Shown here in pieces: positions 9,837 through 22,001 of a DNA stretch of 64,000 bases. Position 1 is the first letter of the stretch; the number at the start of each line of letters is the position of its first letter. The DNA lies in NCBI GenBank assembly GCA_963775425.1, contig CAVZJB010000007.1, positions 1-64,000 on the forward strand, given 5' to 3'. The translations under genes and the position numbers were made by a program. The notes under the pieces are model-generated. The model was not told the origin of the DNA. It did not search any database and saw only the letters and a program-made list of their open reading frames with translations. Source of the stretch: an uncultured delta proteobacterium (GTDB lineage Bacteria; Myxococcota; UBA727; VGSZ01).

Positions 9837-10651
9837 TCCACCCAGCGCTTGAGCGTCTCGATCTCCGACTGCGCGAGCAGCTTGCCCTTGCTCGGCATCA
9901 CGTCGTCGTCGTCGTCGTCGAGCTGGACGTACTTGCACAGCAGGCTCTTGCCGACGTCGCCGGGGACGATGGCGGGGCCGTCCTTGCCGCCCTTGAGCGC
10001 GTAGCTCTTCTCGTCCAGGCGCAGGCCGCCCTTCTTCTTCTCGGGGCCGTGGCACTTGATGCAACTGCGCTCGAAGATGGGCTTGATGTCCTTCGCGAAA
10101 TCGGGGTGCTCGGGGGCCTTCCCCTCGGCATAGCGGAGGCGCTGGTCGTCGGGGTCGTCGCCGTCGGAGGCGACCACCGGCCCGTCGTCGTCGTCGCCGT
10201 CGTGGCCGCCGCTGTCGCCGTGGAGGGCCTTGGTGATGTAGCCCTCGCCGTAGACCATCTCGCCGCCGCGGTGGCCCGTGAACGTCACCGCGAGCGCCGC
10301 GGCGCCCAGCGCCGGACGAAAGCCACGGCGCAACTCGGGGCGCACGTGGGCGACGAACGCGACCACGGCGAGCACCGCCGTCACGATCCCTGCGATCTTG
10401 TGCTGCGAGAGGAGCTCGAGCGTGTGCCCGCTCCAGTCCCCGCTCGCGTCGAACAACAGCCCGGTGACGACGGCGACGACGGCGCCGACGGCGCTCACCG
10501 CCAGCAGCAGGCGAATGAGCGCATCGCTGCGCTCGCTCGCGGGGCGCCGGAGCCACAACAGGTCGAGCAGCACCACCGCGAACAGCGTGGCGATGGGGAA
10601 GTGAAGCACCAGCAGGTGCGTCCGGCCGAGGAGGGCGAGGGCGGGGGGCAT
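9812..10651 (-). CDS. DUF2231-like membrane domain fused to planctomycete-type monoheme cytochrome c
   Basis: HLLVLHFPI and TGHRGGEMVYG, followed by DIKPIFERSCIKCHG..GGLRLD..MP..EIETLKRWVDQGA. Confidence 0.85.
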   Translation of the reverse strand: MPPALALLGRTHLLVLHFPIATLFAVVLLDLLWLRRPASERSDALIRLLLAVSAVGAVVAVVTGLLFDASGDWSGHTLELLSQHKIAGIVTAVLAVVAFVAHVRPELRRGFRPALGAAALAVTFTGHRGGEMVYGEGYITKALHGDSGGHDGDDDDGPVVASDGDDPDDQRLRYAEGKAPEHPDFAKDIKPIFERSCIKCHGPEKKKGGLRLDEKSYALKGGKDGPAIVPGDVGKSLLCKYVQLDDDDDDVMPSKGKLLAQSEIETLKRWVDQGADWPE

Positions 10652-10658
10652 GACGTCG

Positions 10659-11954
10659 TCAACCGAGCAGCGGCGTCACCGGCTCGTACGGCCCGAAGTG
10701 CGGGAACGGGTCGATGCCCGCCAGCGTGAGGACCGTCGCCAGGCCGTGCTGCATCTCGATGAGCTCCGTCCCGCGCTTGAAGCTGCCGTTTTCCGGATTC
10801 ATCTTCTGCGGGTTGACGCCGTCGTCGCACTCACCCGCGATGGTGGGCCCGCCCTTTTGGGCCTTGATGCCCTTGCCGATGAAGATCATCGAGTTGGCGG
10901 ACCAGTGATGCTTGCCGCCGAGCTCGTTCTTGCTGGGCGCGCGCGAGAACTCCGACGACACCACGATGGTGGTGTGGTCGAGGAGCGTCTTGCCGCCGGG
11001 CATGGGCGTGTCGTCGAGACCCTGGGCGATGGCCGCCACCGTCTTGACGCCGCGCAGGACAGAGGCCGGGTGCCCGGCGTACTGCGCGGCGGTGTGCGAG
11101 TCGAACTCGCCGGAGCCGACGGTGATGACGGGGGCAAGGTCGTTGCGGATGGCTTCCACGGCGAGCTGCGCGTTGGCCTCGGTGCGGTTGCGTGTGCTGC
11201 CGACGCTCAAGTTGGAGACGCGGCGCGCGTAGTCGCTGTCGAGGGTGCCGCGGGCGAGCTCGGCGTAGGTGTCGAACTCCTTGGCGAGCTCGTCGTGCGC
11301 GTGCGCCTCACGCAGCAGCGCGTCCTTCCTGCGCAGGGTCTCCTCGATGTCCTTGCGGTGCTTCCCGGCCGGACCGCGCCAGTGCATGAGGCCCTTGAGC
11401 TGGTTCACCGACGCCACGCGCATGGGCTCGAGGCGCTCGGGCTGGCCCTCGCCCCGGAAGGTGGCGGGCCGCAGCGAGTCGCTCGAGATGTTGGGGATCT
11501 CGTAATCGAGCCCGATCTTCTCGGCGATGATGGACTGCACCGACGGCGCCGTCGGCCGCGGCCCGGGCGGCTTGAAGGTGCCGGTGCACATGCGGATGCG
11601 CGCCTGCGGGTGGTTGAGCGCGTCGACGTAGATGCCGCGCAGGATCGCCATGCGATCGACGAACGGCAGCAGCGGCTCGAACGCGGGCCCGAACTTGTGC
11701 CCGCCGGTCTCGACGACGTCGTCTTCCTTGTAGGGGATCCAGATGGTGTCGCCCTTGGCGGGCACCGGGTCCGTGGTGAGCACCAGATCCCAACCGCCCA
11801 TCATGTAATAGAAGACGAAGTAGTGGTCGGTGCGGCGCGTGAGGCCGCGCGGCAGACACCCCACCGACGTCAACAGCCCGCTCGTCGGCAACACCAACGC
11901 GCCGCCCGCCAGCGCCGCCCGTGTCAAAAAGCCCCGTCGCGAGAACGTCCGCAT
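10659..11954 (-). CDS. DUF1501-family Tat-exported protein (copy A)
   Basis: SRRGFL Tat motif, MMGGWD, EFDSH, VVSSEFSRAP, GKHHW. ATG at 11954. Confidence 0.8.
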   Translation of the reverse strand: MRTFSRRGFLTRAALAGGALVLPTSGLLTSVGCLPRGLTRRTDHYFVFYYMMGGWDLVLTTDPVPAKGDTIWIPYKEDDVVETGGHKFGPAFEPLLPFVDRMAILRGIYVDALNHPQARIRMCTGTFKPPGPRPTAPSVQSIIAEKIGLDYEIPNISSDSLRPATFRGEGQPERLEPMRVASVNQLKGLMHWRGPAGKHRKDIEETLRRKDALLREAHAHDELAKEFDTYAELARGTLDSDYARRVSNLSVGSTRNRTEANAQLAVEAIRNDLAPVITVGSGEFDSHTAAQYAGHPASVLRGVKTVAAIAQGLDDTPMPGGKTLLDHTTIVVSSEFSRAPSKNELGGKHHWSANSMIFIGKGIKAQKGGPTIAGECDDGVNPQKMNPENGSFKRGTELIEMQHGLATVLTLAGIDPFPHFGPYEPVTPLLG

Positions 11955-12019
11955 GACGTCATATGTAGCGCGCCGGCAAGACGTCGACAACGTCCCACGC
12001 GCGGCGCTCGGCGCGGACG

Positions 12020-14101
12020 TCAGAAGACCGCGAAGTCCTCCGAGCCGAAGACGGCGGTGCACACCGCCTGGTAGCCGGCCTGGACGGAGTCCTTCTTCGC
12101 CACGCTCTTGAACAGGTCGCGCATGAGCTTCTTCTCGTCGTCAGGGACGTCGCCCCACGGGCGTGCGAAAGCGCGCAGGTAGAGGTTCTTCAGGTTGCGA
12201 TCGAGCTGATCCGCGCTCGGCATCGCGTCGAGCTCGCCGGCGATCACCAGCAGGCGGCGCTGCGGATCCTTCTTCTGGTCGCGCTCGACCATCTCCTGGC
12301 AGCTCTCGGCCGCGCCTTTCATCTGGGCGAGGCTGTGGCCCTGGCCCGGGCGTTTGTCGCGCCGCTCGATCTTCCGGTAGTCCATGCCGCCGAGCTTGTC
12401 GTAGTAGACGTCCCACCCCGACTTGTGCCCGAGCCGCCAGAACACGTCGGTGGCCCGACCCATGGCGCGCTTGTAGAGCTCGCGCGTCATGATCTTGAGC
12501 GAGTCCTTGGAGCGGTACTCCGGGGTCTTCGTGATCATGCGGATGGCGTCTTTGAACTTCAGCCCGGAGCCCTTCCACTGCTCGAGGAGCTTCATGCGCG
12601 TGGCGTGCTCGTCGGGCTGGAAGCGGTGGCCGAGCATGTGCTCCCAGAGCTGGTTCAGCGTGCAGTCGGCGAAGGTGTCGCTGGCGGCGAGCGCCTTGCC
12701 GAGGCCGTCGACGCCGTCGATCTCCTGGCCCATGAACATCGCCGACTGCGGGATCTCGAGGCCGCGCGGGCTCTTTTCGTAGTAGCGGCCGAAGTAGTCC
12801 CAGCGGTCCTTCACGCGCGACAGCCCGTCGAGCTGCATGTGGCACGCGGCGCAGGCGCGCGACTCCGTCACCGTCAACGAAGGCGGGAGCTGCGGTGAGT
12901 CACGGTAGGGGACGGCCACCGTCTGGCCGGAGTCGGCGGTGTCGTCGAGCAGGTCGAAGTCGGGCGTGACCTCGTGGCAGAAGAACGCCTCGAAGGTGCG
13001 CTGCGCCCAACGGCGCCCGTTGTAGAAGAAGTTGAGCATCTCCGGCGTGGTCAGGATCCCCGAGTGGCGCTCGGGGCGCATCACGCGATGCCACGGCTTC
13101 TTGATGTCCGGGTCTTTGACGTCGGCGAGCTTGTCCTCGAGCTTGGCGTAGAAGACCTCGAGCGCGCCGTCTTGCATGGTCCAGTCGGAGGTGAGGATGG
13201 TCGGGTACGGCTCGCCCTTGTCCACCACCTCCATGGCGATGCGCGCGGCCTCCTCCTTCATCGACTTGATGATCTCGTGCTTCACGCCGTCGGGGTAACA
13301 GAACAGCATGTACGGGCCGCATCCGCACTTGCCGCTCTTTTGACCCGCGAGGTTGTCGCAGCGCGTGCCGTCGACGGAGAGCGCGTCGTTGCCGGAGTCC
13401 TTGCAGGCCCAGTGCGTGCCCTGCCGATCCCACCACGGCGACACGCGCACGCGCTCGCTGCGCCCGCACTTGCCGCTGCCGGCCTCGCCGCGGATGCGCT
13501 GCGAGGTGTAGACCTTCTCGCCGTCGATGACGACCTGGCGCACCTTGGAGTAGCTGGCGTCGGTGTTGTGGTCGCCGGTGCGCGGGCGGATGAGATCCTC
13601 GTGGTAGAGCATGAAGGTGCTCTCGAAGTCCTTGGAGTCCAGCATCTCCTCGACGGCCTGATCGAGCGTGAGCGATCCGCGCTGCAGGCGCGACAGCTCG
13701 CTGGGCGTGGGGACGGTGCCGCGCAGATCGAGCGAGAGCCGGCGCAGCACCGCCTCGTCGCTGGCGGGCGTGTACTGCGGGGCCGGCTCCTGCGGCAGTT
13801 GGTCGAGCGGCTTGTGCGTCCAGCGAATCACCGGCGGCGTCTTCAACACCGTCTGCATCCAGCGGTCGACGGTGTCGCGGACGAGCTTCATGCCCTCGGG
13901 GGACCGATCGAGGGGCAGCTCCTTCTTGGCCTGGTAGTACTGGCCGATGAGGTTGCGCGGCCCGCCGCCCTCGGGGTTTTCGTGGCACTCCTTGCACTGC
14001 ACCCCCTCCTTGAGGGAGTAGCGCTTGTGCGCCTGCGCCGGCGGCGCCAACAGCGCCACCGCGGGCACGAGGACGAGCGACGCGGCGAGAGCGATGCGCA
14101 T
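12020..14101 (-). CDS. PSD1/DUF1549-DUF1585/1588-like secreted diheme c protein (copy A)
   Basis: Signal peptide, N-terminal CKECH, LRRLSLDLRGTVPT, CGCGPY, HSGILTTP, CAACH. Confidence 0.7.
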   Translation of the reverse strand: MRIALAASLVLVPAVALLAPPAQAHKRYSLKEGVQCKECHENPEGGGPRNLIGQYYQAKKELPLDRSPEGMKLVRDTVDRWMQTVLKTPPVIRWTHKPLDQLPQEPAPQYTPASDEAVLRRLSLDLRGTVPTPSELSRLQRGSLTLDQAVEEMLDSKDFESTFMLYHEDLIRPRTGDHNTDASYSKVRQVVIDGEKVYTSQRIRGEAGSGKCGRSERVRVSPWWDRQGTHWACKDSGNDALSVDGTRCDNLAGQKSGKCGCGPYMLFCYPDGVKHEIIKSMKEEAARIAMEVVDKGEPYPTILTSDWTMQDGALEVFYAKLEDKLADVKDPDIKKPWHRVMRPERHSGILTTPEMLNFFYNGRRWAQRTFEAFFCHEVTPDFDLLDDTADSGQTVAVPYRDSPQLPPSLTVTESRACAACHMQLDGLSRVKDRWDYFGRYYEKSPRGLEIPQSAMFMGQEIDGVDGLGKALAASDTFADCTLNQLWEHMLGHRFQPDEHATRMKLLEQWKGSGLKFKDAIRMITKTPEYRSKDSLKIMTRELYKRAMGRATDVFWRLGHKSGWDVYYDKLGGMDYRKIERRDKRPGQGHSLAQMKGAAESCQEMVERDQKKDPQRRLLVIAGELDAMPSADQLDRNLKNLYLRAFARPWGDVPDDEKKLMRDLFKSVAKKDSVQAGYQAVCTAVFGSEDFAVF

Positions 14102-14205
14102 GCGGGTGTTCTAGCGCGGCGAAGCAAGCTCGCAAATGCGTCGGCGACGTTCCGCCGACCCGCGGTGCGATTGACGCTCCGCAGGCCCGCTGTTAACCGC
14201 CTCGC

Positions 14206-16097
<1,892 letters not shown>

Positions 16098-16101
<4 letters not shown>

Positions 16102-16904
16102 CGCCTTCCGCCGACAAAACCATGCGCAGCACCGTCGCCGACTTCTCGGAGCAGTGGACGGCGTACGACGACAACAGCGGCTGGTTCGGCTCCGAAGAGC
16201 TGCTCGCCGACGTCCTGCGTCCGCTGCTCTCCCTCGAGGAGCTGCGCGGGCAGAAGGTGGCGGAGATCGGCTGCGGCAACGGGCGCTTCCTGCCCACGCT
16301 CGCGCGTTACGCGGAGCGCGTGTACGGCATCGAGCCCGGGGACGGCGTCGACAACGCGCGCCGCCACTGCGCCGGCGTCGACAACATCGAGGTCATGCGC
16401 GCCGACGTGTACTCCCTCCCCCGGTTGCCGCCGCTCGATCACGTCTTTTCCATCGGCGTCGTGCACCACCTGCCCGACCCGCGCCGCGCGCTCGAGAACA
16501 TGCGCGGGCTCCTGAAGCCCGGCGGCCGCTGCACCATCTGGGTCTACGGCAAGGAGGGCAACGAGCTGTACCTCCTCACCTTCGGCGCGCTGCGCAAGCT
16601 CACCACGCGCATCCCGCACGTGGCGCTGCACGGCGTGTCCACGGCGCTCGTTCCTCCGCTGCGCACGTACATCCACGCGTGTCGCGTGCTGCCGCTGCCG
16701 ATGCGCGAGTACATGCGCACCGTGCTCAAGCCGCTCAGCAACGATGCGCTGCGCATGAACATCTACGACCAGCTCAACCCCACCATCGCCGAGTACTGGA
16801 GCCGCGACGAGGTGGAGGAGCTCATGCGCTCGGCGGGCTTCCTCGACGTCACCTTGCATCACCGCCACGGCTACTCGTGGACGGCCACGGGCCGCGCCCG
16901 TTGA
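16098..16904 (+). CDS. Class I SAM-dependent methyltransferase
   Basis: ATGA overlap, VAEIGCGNGRF, FSIGVVHHLPDP, LKPGG. Confidence 0.9.
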
Positions 16905-19900
16905 CGGCTCCGTCGCCGGCGCCGTCCCCCGGGCCGGGAGCACCGCCCCGGCTGCTGCCGATCCTGCGCGCGGTGCTCGGCCACCGCGCGCTGCACGTGG
17001 GCCTGGTGCTCCTGCTGTTCATGGCGGGGCGCCGCAGCTTGTGGGGGAGCCTCACCCGCGTCGACCACCGCGTGTTCGACGCGTCTTCGCCGCTGTGGGC
17101 CTCGCTGCACCAGCCGGGCATCGGCGTCCGCTGGCTCATCATCGCCGCGGTCGTCGCGCTCGCGTCGTCCGTGCGTTGGCGCGAGCTCGACTCCGGCAAG
17201 GCGTTGCGCGTCGCCGTCTGCTTCGTCGCGTTCATCCAGATGTGGCTCATCGCGGGCGAGCCCTACAACCTCGACACCGACCGCGCCTACGGCATCGAGC
17301 GCTTGCTGGCGGTGGCGTTGTTCGGGCTCACCGTGTGGCGCCCGGCGTTCCTGCCGCTCCTCACCGCGCTCGGCCTGCAGCTCGCGGAGCAGTCGAACGC
17401 GCTGCCACGCGGGTTGAGCTGGACGGAGCGGCGGCTGCTGCTCGACTTCCAGATCGCGTTCGCGGCCTGGTTGCCGCTTCGCCGCGTGCTCAAGGCGGAG
17501 GCGGCGGCGCTCGTGTTCTCGCTCCTCGTCATCTTCGCCGGCGCGTACATGTATCCGTGCATCAACAAGATGCAGCTCGGCGCACACTTCTTCTCGTGGG
17601 CGATCGAGGACCCGCTCGGAAACCTGTTCATCTCGTCGTGGGCCGCGGGTTGGACCCCGCTGTCGCAGCACCTCGCGGAGGCCATCGCGCGCACCGTCAA
17701 CGCGGTGTCGCCAGCGCTCGGCATCGGCACGCTCCTCATCGAGGCCGGCGCCTGCGCGGCGCTCCTCCATCGACGCGCGGCGCTCGTGGCCATCCCCGCG
17801 TGCATCCTCTTGCACACGGGCATCTACCTCGCTTCGGGCATCGCGTTTTGGAAGTGGGCGGCCGTCGACGCGGCGCTGTTGTTCCTCGTCTGGCGCGCGG
17901 GCAAGGATTTGTTCACGCGGTGGCCCTGGTGGCTGCGCGCGGGCGGCGTGGTGGCCGTCCTGTTGTGCCAGTGGACGCTGCAGCCGATGCGGCTCGGCTG
18001 GTGGGACACCAAGCTCAGCCAGTTCTACGACATCGAGGTCGTCGACGCCGGCGGCAAGGTCTACGAGATCGAGCCGGAGGTCTTCTCCCCGTTCGACGTG
18101 CCCATCGTCCAGGGCAGGCTGCAATACCTCGTCGATGAGCCCACCGCCGTCGGCGCGCTCGGCGCCGCCACCAGCCAGCGGCAGTGGGCGCGCATCGAGC
18201 ACACGAGCCCCACCGGCGCGCTCGGCGTCGTCCGCGGGAGCTCGGCGCTCGACGAGAAGGCCGCCGCCAACTTCGACACCGTCGTGAGCCGTACACTGCG
18301 CAACTTCGCGGCGCACCACGGGCGCCCGACCTATTGGCTCACCTATCCCTCGCACATCCACCACGGCGCGCGCGGCGTGCCCACGTGGCGCGGCGAGCCC
18401 GTGGTCTCCGCGCGCATTCGCTATCGAATCGTCTTCTTCGACGGCGCGCGCCTGCACACGCTCGTGAACCGCACCGACCGTGTCATCGACATCGCCAGCG
18501 GCCGCGGCCGGGTAGAGCCGCGCGTCGACGTCACGCCGCACCCGCACACGCCCGCGGAGCCGGGCGCCGACCTCGACTTCCACGACCCCTGCGACGTCGA
18601 CGAGACGGCGACGCTGGCCATCCTCGGCGACATCGCGCTGCACACCCCGCTGTCACGGCAAGTCCTCGCCGAAGGGTACGAGGGTCTGCTCGGCGGCCTC
18701 CGCGCGCCGCTCGCCCAGGCGGACGCCTCGTGGGTGAACCTCGAGGGCACGGCCGCCTGCTGCGCCGACGGAGACGGCGACGAGCACCCCGATCCCGGTC
18801 GCGTCTTCGACAGCGTCGTGTACACGGCGGACAACCGGAGCGGGCTGAACTTCCACCCGTCGCTCATCCCGGCCTTGCGGGACGTCGGCGTCGACGTCCT
18901 CGGCACCGTCAACAACCACTCCTTCGACCGCGGCGTCGTCGGCATCGGGCGCACCCTCGACAACATCGACGCGGCGAAGCTCCCGCACTTCGGCACCCGC
19001 CGCGGCAGCCAGGAGCCGTGGGGGCTCGTGACCTCGGTGGGCGGGCTCAAGGTGGGTTGGCTCGGCTGCACGTTCTGGACGAACCACAGCCCCGACCTCA
19101 AGCAGCCGGGCCACCTGTTGAATTGCAGGACGCAGCGCGAAGAGACGCTCGCGGCGCTGCGGGAGCTGGTGGCTCGCCCCGACGTGGACGCGGTGCTCTT
19201 CTTCGTCCACGGCGGCGGCGATCGCACGGTGTGGCCCGATGACACCACCCGCGGGCTCGTCGTCGATGGGGCCGACGCAGGCGCCGCCGCCGTCTTCACC
19301 TATCACACGCACGTGATGCAGAGCTGGGAGAAGCACGTCACGCCTGACGGTCGTGAGGTGCCGCTCGTGTACGCGCACGGAAACTTCCTCACGCCGACGC
19401 CCCAGTTCGAGTTCCGCACGTCCACCATCGTCTATCTGACGCTCGGCAAGCGCGCGGGGGATGCCCACGCGCGCGCGGTCGAGATCACCCATCGCCCGCT
19501 GCTCCTGCAGGTCAAGAGCGCCGAGGAGCGCCACCTGCTCGTCCTCGACGACAAAGACCGCTCCGCCGACGCACGGCGCGCGTTGCGCCTCGCGTGGTCA
19601 CGCTTCGGGCGCAGCCGCTCGCTTCACCCGGGAGAGGCGCCGCGGCGCGCGTGCTCGGACCGGCCGGCGCCCGCTGCGTTCTTCGGCGGCGCCGGCGACA
19701 CCTGCCACGACGACGCGTGGTGCGCGGCGGATCTCTCCTGCGCGCCCAACGGCGACGTCGGCATCTGTACGAAGAGCTGCCGGCGCGATCAGGACTGCAA
19801 GGCGTCCATCGATCGCGGCGTGTGCGTCCACGGCGCGTGCCTGCGCTCCTGCACGGCGTGGACGGCGTGCGACATCGGCACGCACTGCGAGCGCAGGCTC

Positions 19901-19915
19901 TGCCTCCCCGACTGA
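16901..19915 (+). CDS. Fusion of HTTM-like multi-TM domain, CapA (PGA_cap) metallophosphoesterase and Cys-rich tail
   Basis: TTG at 16901 overlaps the upstream stop and is in frame with ORF 16154..19915. CapA motifs LGDI, NLEG, NNHSFDRG, FVHGG, YHTHV, AHGNF. Confidence 0.7.
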   Translation: MTAPSPAPSPGPGAPPRLLPILRAVLGHRALHVGLVLLLFMAGRRSLWGSLTRVDHRVFDASSPLWASLHQPGIGVRWLIIAAVVALASSVRWRELDSGKALRVAVCFVAFIQMWLIAGEPYNLDTDRAYGIERLLAVALFGLTVWRPAFLPLLTALGLQLAEQSNALPRGLSWTERRLLLDFQIAFAAWLPLRRVLKAEAAALVFSLLVIFAGAYMYPCINKMQLGAHFFSWAIEDPLGNLFISSWAAGWTPLSQHLAEAIARTVNAVSPALGIGTLLIEAGACAALLHRRAALVAIPACILLHTGIYLASGIAFWKWAAVDAALLFLVWRAGKDLFTRWPWWLRAGGVVAVLLCQWTLQPMRLGWWDTKLSQFYDIEVVDAGGKVYEIEPEVFSPFDVPIVQGRLQYLVDEPTAVGALGAATSQRQWARIEHTSPTGALGVVRGSSALDEKAAANFDTVVSRTLRNFAAHHGRPTYWLTYPSHIHHGARGVPTWRGEPVVSARIRYRIVFFDGARLHTLVNRTDRVIDIASGRGRVEPRVDVTPHPHTPAEPGADLDFHDPCDVDETATLAILGDIALHTPLSRQVLAEGYEGLLGGLRAPLAQADASWVNLEGTAACCADGDGDEHPDPGRVFDSVVYTADNRSGLNFHPSLIPALRDVGVDVLGTVNNHSFDRGVVGIGRTLDNIDAAKLPHFGTRRGSQEPWGLVTSVGGLKVGWLGCTFWTNHSPDLKQPGHLLNCRTQREETLAALRELVARPDVDAVLFFVHGGGDRTVWPDDTTRGLVVDGADAGAAAVFTYHTHVMQSWEKHVTPDGREVPLVYAHGNFLTPTPQFEFRTSTIVYLTLGKRAGDAHARAVEITHRPLLLQVKSAEERHLLVLDDKDRSADARRALRLAWSRFGRSRSLHPGEAPRRACSDRPAPAAFFGGAGDTCHDDAWCAADLSCAPNGDVGICTKSCRRDQDCKASIDRGVCVHGACLRSCTAWTACDIGTHCERRLCLPD

Positions 19916-19921
19916 GCGGCG

Positions 19922-22001
19922 CTATCCGCCGCCGTGGGCGAAGCTGCCGGCGATGATGGTCGCGGGGGCGGTGCCGCCGTCGAGGCACTTCTGCAGGTCG
20001 TCGCCGGTGAGGCCCGCGCTCTTGCACGAGCGGAGCGCGGACACCGCAGCGGCGACGCCGATGCTCGGCGAGTAGCTCAAGAGCGACTCGGCCACCGCGG
20101 ACTCGAGCGCGCTCGGCCTGAACGCCTTCACCGCCTTGATCTGCTTCGGGTGGTCGTCGCCGTCGTTGTCCTCGTCGTCATCGTCGTCCTGCTCTTTCTC
20201 CTTCTTGGCGATGAGACGAGCGTTGGCGGTGATGTTGTTGATGGCGGAGGAGTAGCGGTGCACCGGCAGCCCCTTCAGGCCGTCGGCGAAGTAGGACGTG
20301 GCCGTCGTCTCGCTCCTGCGGCGAGGTGAACAGGTGGCGCGACAGCTCCGTGACGAACGCGCGCCGCTCGGCGTCGTCGATGCCCTGGGTGTCCTTGGGC
20401 ATGGCGCCGAAGCCGACGCGATCGAGCATGAGGGCGAGCGTCTTTCTGTCGAGCGCGGGGACCATGAGGTTCAATTTCTCGTCCTCGTCGTGGCACTCCT
20501 TGCAGTCCTTCTTGATCATCTTGCGCAGCGCGGGCGACAGCGCGACCTTGCCGTCGGGCGCCGTCGGCGGCGGGGGCGCCTCCTCCGGTGGGCGCGCCGG
20601 CGCGTCCTTGCGCGACGCGAAGCGCAGCATGGCGGTGCGCATCATCTCCTTGATCTTGTGCGTCTTGTCGAACGTGTCGTGGACGGCCTCGAAGTCCCTC
20701 GACGACGCCGTGCCGCTGAAGACGTGGTCGACCACGCGCCGTGTCATGCAGTCGCCGAACTCGGGCTGCGCGACGGCGAGCTTGGCGAAGCCGGCCGGTG
20801 TCAGGTCCGCCGTGCCGCGCACGTCCTTGATGCTGCGGCCATAGAGGATGCCCTGGCCCTTCTTGACCATCGACGGCCGGAAGTCGACGCCGGCCGTCGA
20901 CGACGGGTAGCCCCAGAAGAACTGCATGCCGTAGTCGAGGCGCGCGTGGCACTCGGTGCAGATGTTCATGGCGGCGAGCTTCTTCCACCCGTCGCCGACG
21001 CGCAGATCGACGACGTCGAGCCCAAGCACCGCGGCGGTGGTCACCTGCGAGCTCTGCACGCCCGCGCACCACATGTAGTCGTAGAAGTTGCGCAATACGC
21101 CGCGCAGGGCATCCGAGGAGTACGTGAGCGCGGGCGTGGTGAGCACGCCGGCCTGCTGCCCGGGCACCTGCTCGACGCGCGGCTTGAGCTTGCCCCGGTA
21201 GTCGCCGTAGCCCTGGACGGGGAAGAGCTTGTCGGGGTCCTCGCCCGCGATGAGGCGCGCCCGTCGGTACAAGAGCTCGGCGTCGTTGTTGCGCACCGTC
21301 TCGTTCATCGTGAAGAGCTTCTCGATGGGCAGGTTCTCGTCGACGACGTAGCCGGTGGTGGCCAGGACCTCGTTCTGGACACGGTCCACGGTCTTCTTCC
21401 ACTGCTTCTGGTTCTCGGTGCAGAACACCAGGTACGGCCCGCAGCCGCAGGTGTCGTTCTCCCGGGGGGCGAGCATCTCGGCGCCGCAGGTGTGGCCGTC
21501 CTTGTCGCCGCGGACGTCGGGGCGATACGCGGAGGGGCACACGCGCACCTTCTCCGAGCCCCACCACGGCTGCACCTCGACGGCGTCCTTGGCCGCGCAC
21601 TTGTGGCGCAGGTAGTAGACCTTCCCGCCGTCGTCCTTGAACGAGCGCAGCACCGCCTGCACCGGCACCGGGTGCCGATTCTTCTCCGGGCTCGCCGGAC
21701 CCAGGACGATGTCACGGGCGAGGCGGCCCCCCATGGGCTTGGCGAGCAGATGATCGACGTACTCGGCCACCGTCAGCTTGCCGCCCGTGACGTCGCGCGC
21801 CGACGCCGCCAGGTCCGCCGGCGCCGGCGGGTGGCCGAGCGCGAAGATCGACAGGTCGCGCAGCATGGTGGCGGTGCCTGCGTCGACCGGCGCCTCGGAC
21901 TTCTTGTGGCAGCCCGACAGCGCCAGCGTCGCGGCCGCCGCCACGACGGCGATGAGCGAGCGGGGCGAGCAGCCGCGCTCGATGGTGCCGCTCCCGCTCA
22001 C
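19922..22001 (-). CDS. PSD1/DUF1585/1588-like diheme c lipoprotein (copy B), frameshifted near 20310
   Basis: GTGA overlap with DUF1501-B, lipobox LSGC, CGCGPY, AGVLTTP, CTECH, CKECH. Adding one base near 20310 joins it to ORF 19922..20263. Confidence 0.65.

Noticed and set aside
18600-19500. Poly-gamma-glutamate capsule operon
   Set aside because: Only a CapA-like domain is present, with no capB, capC or capE in the window.
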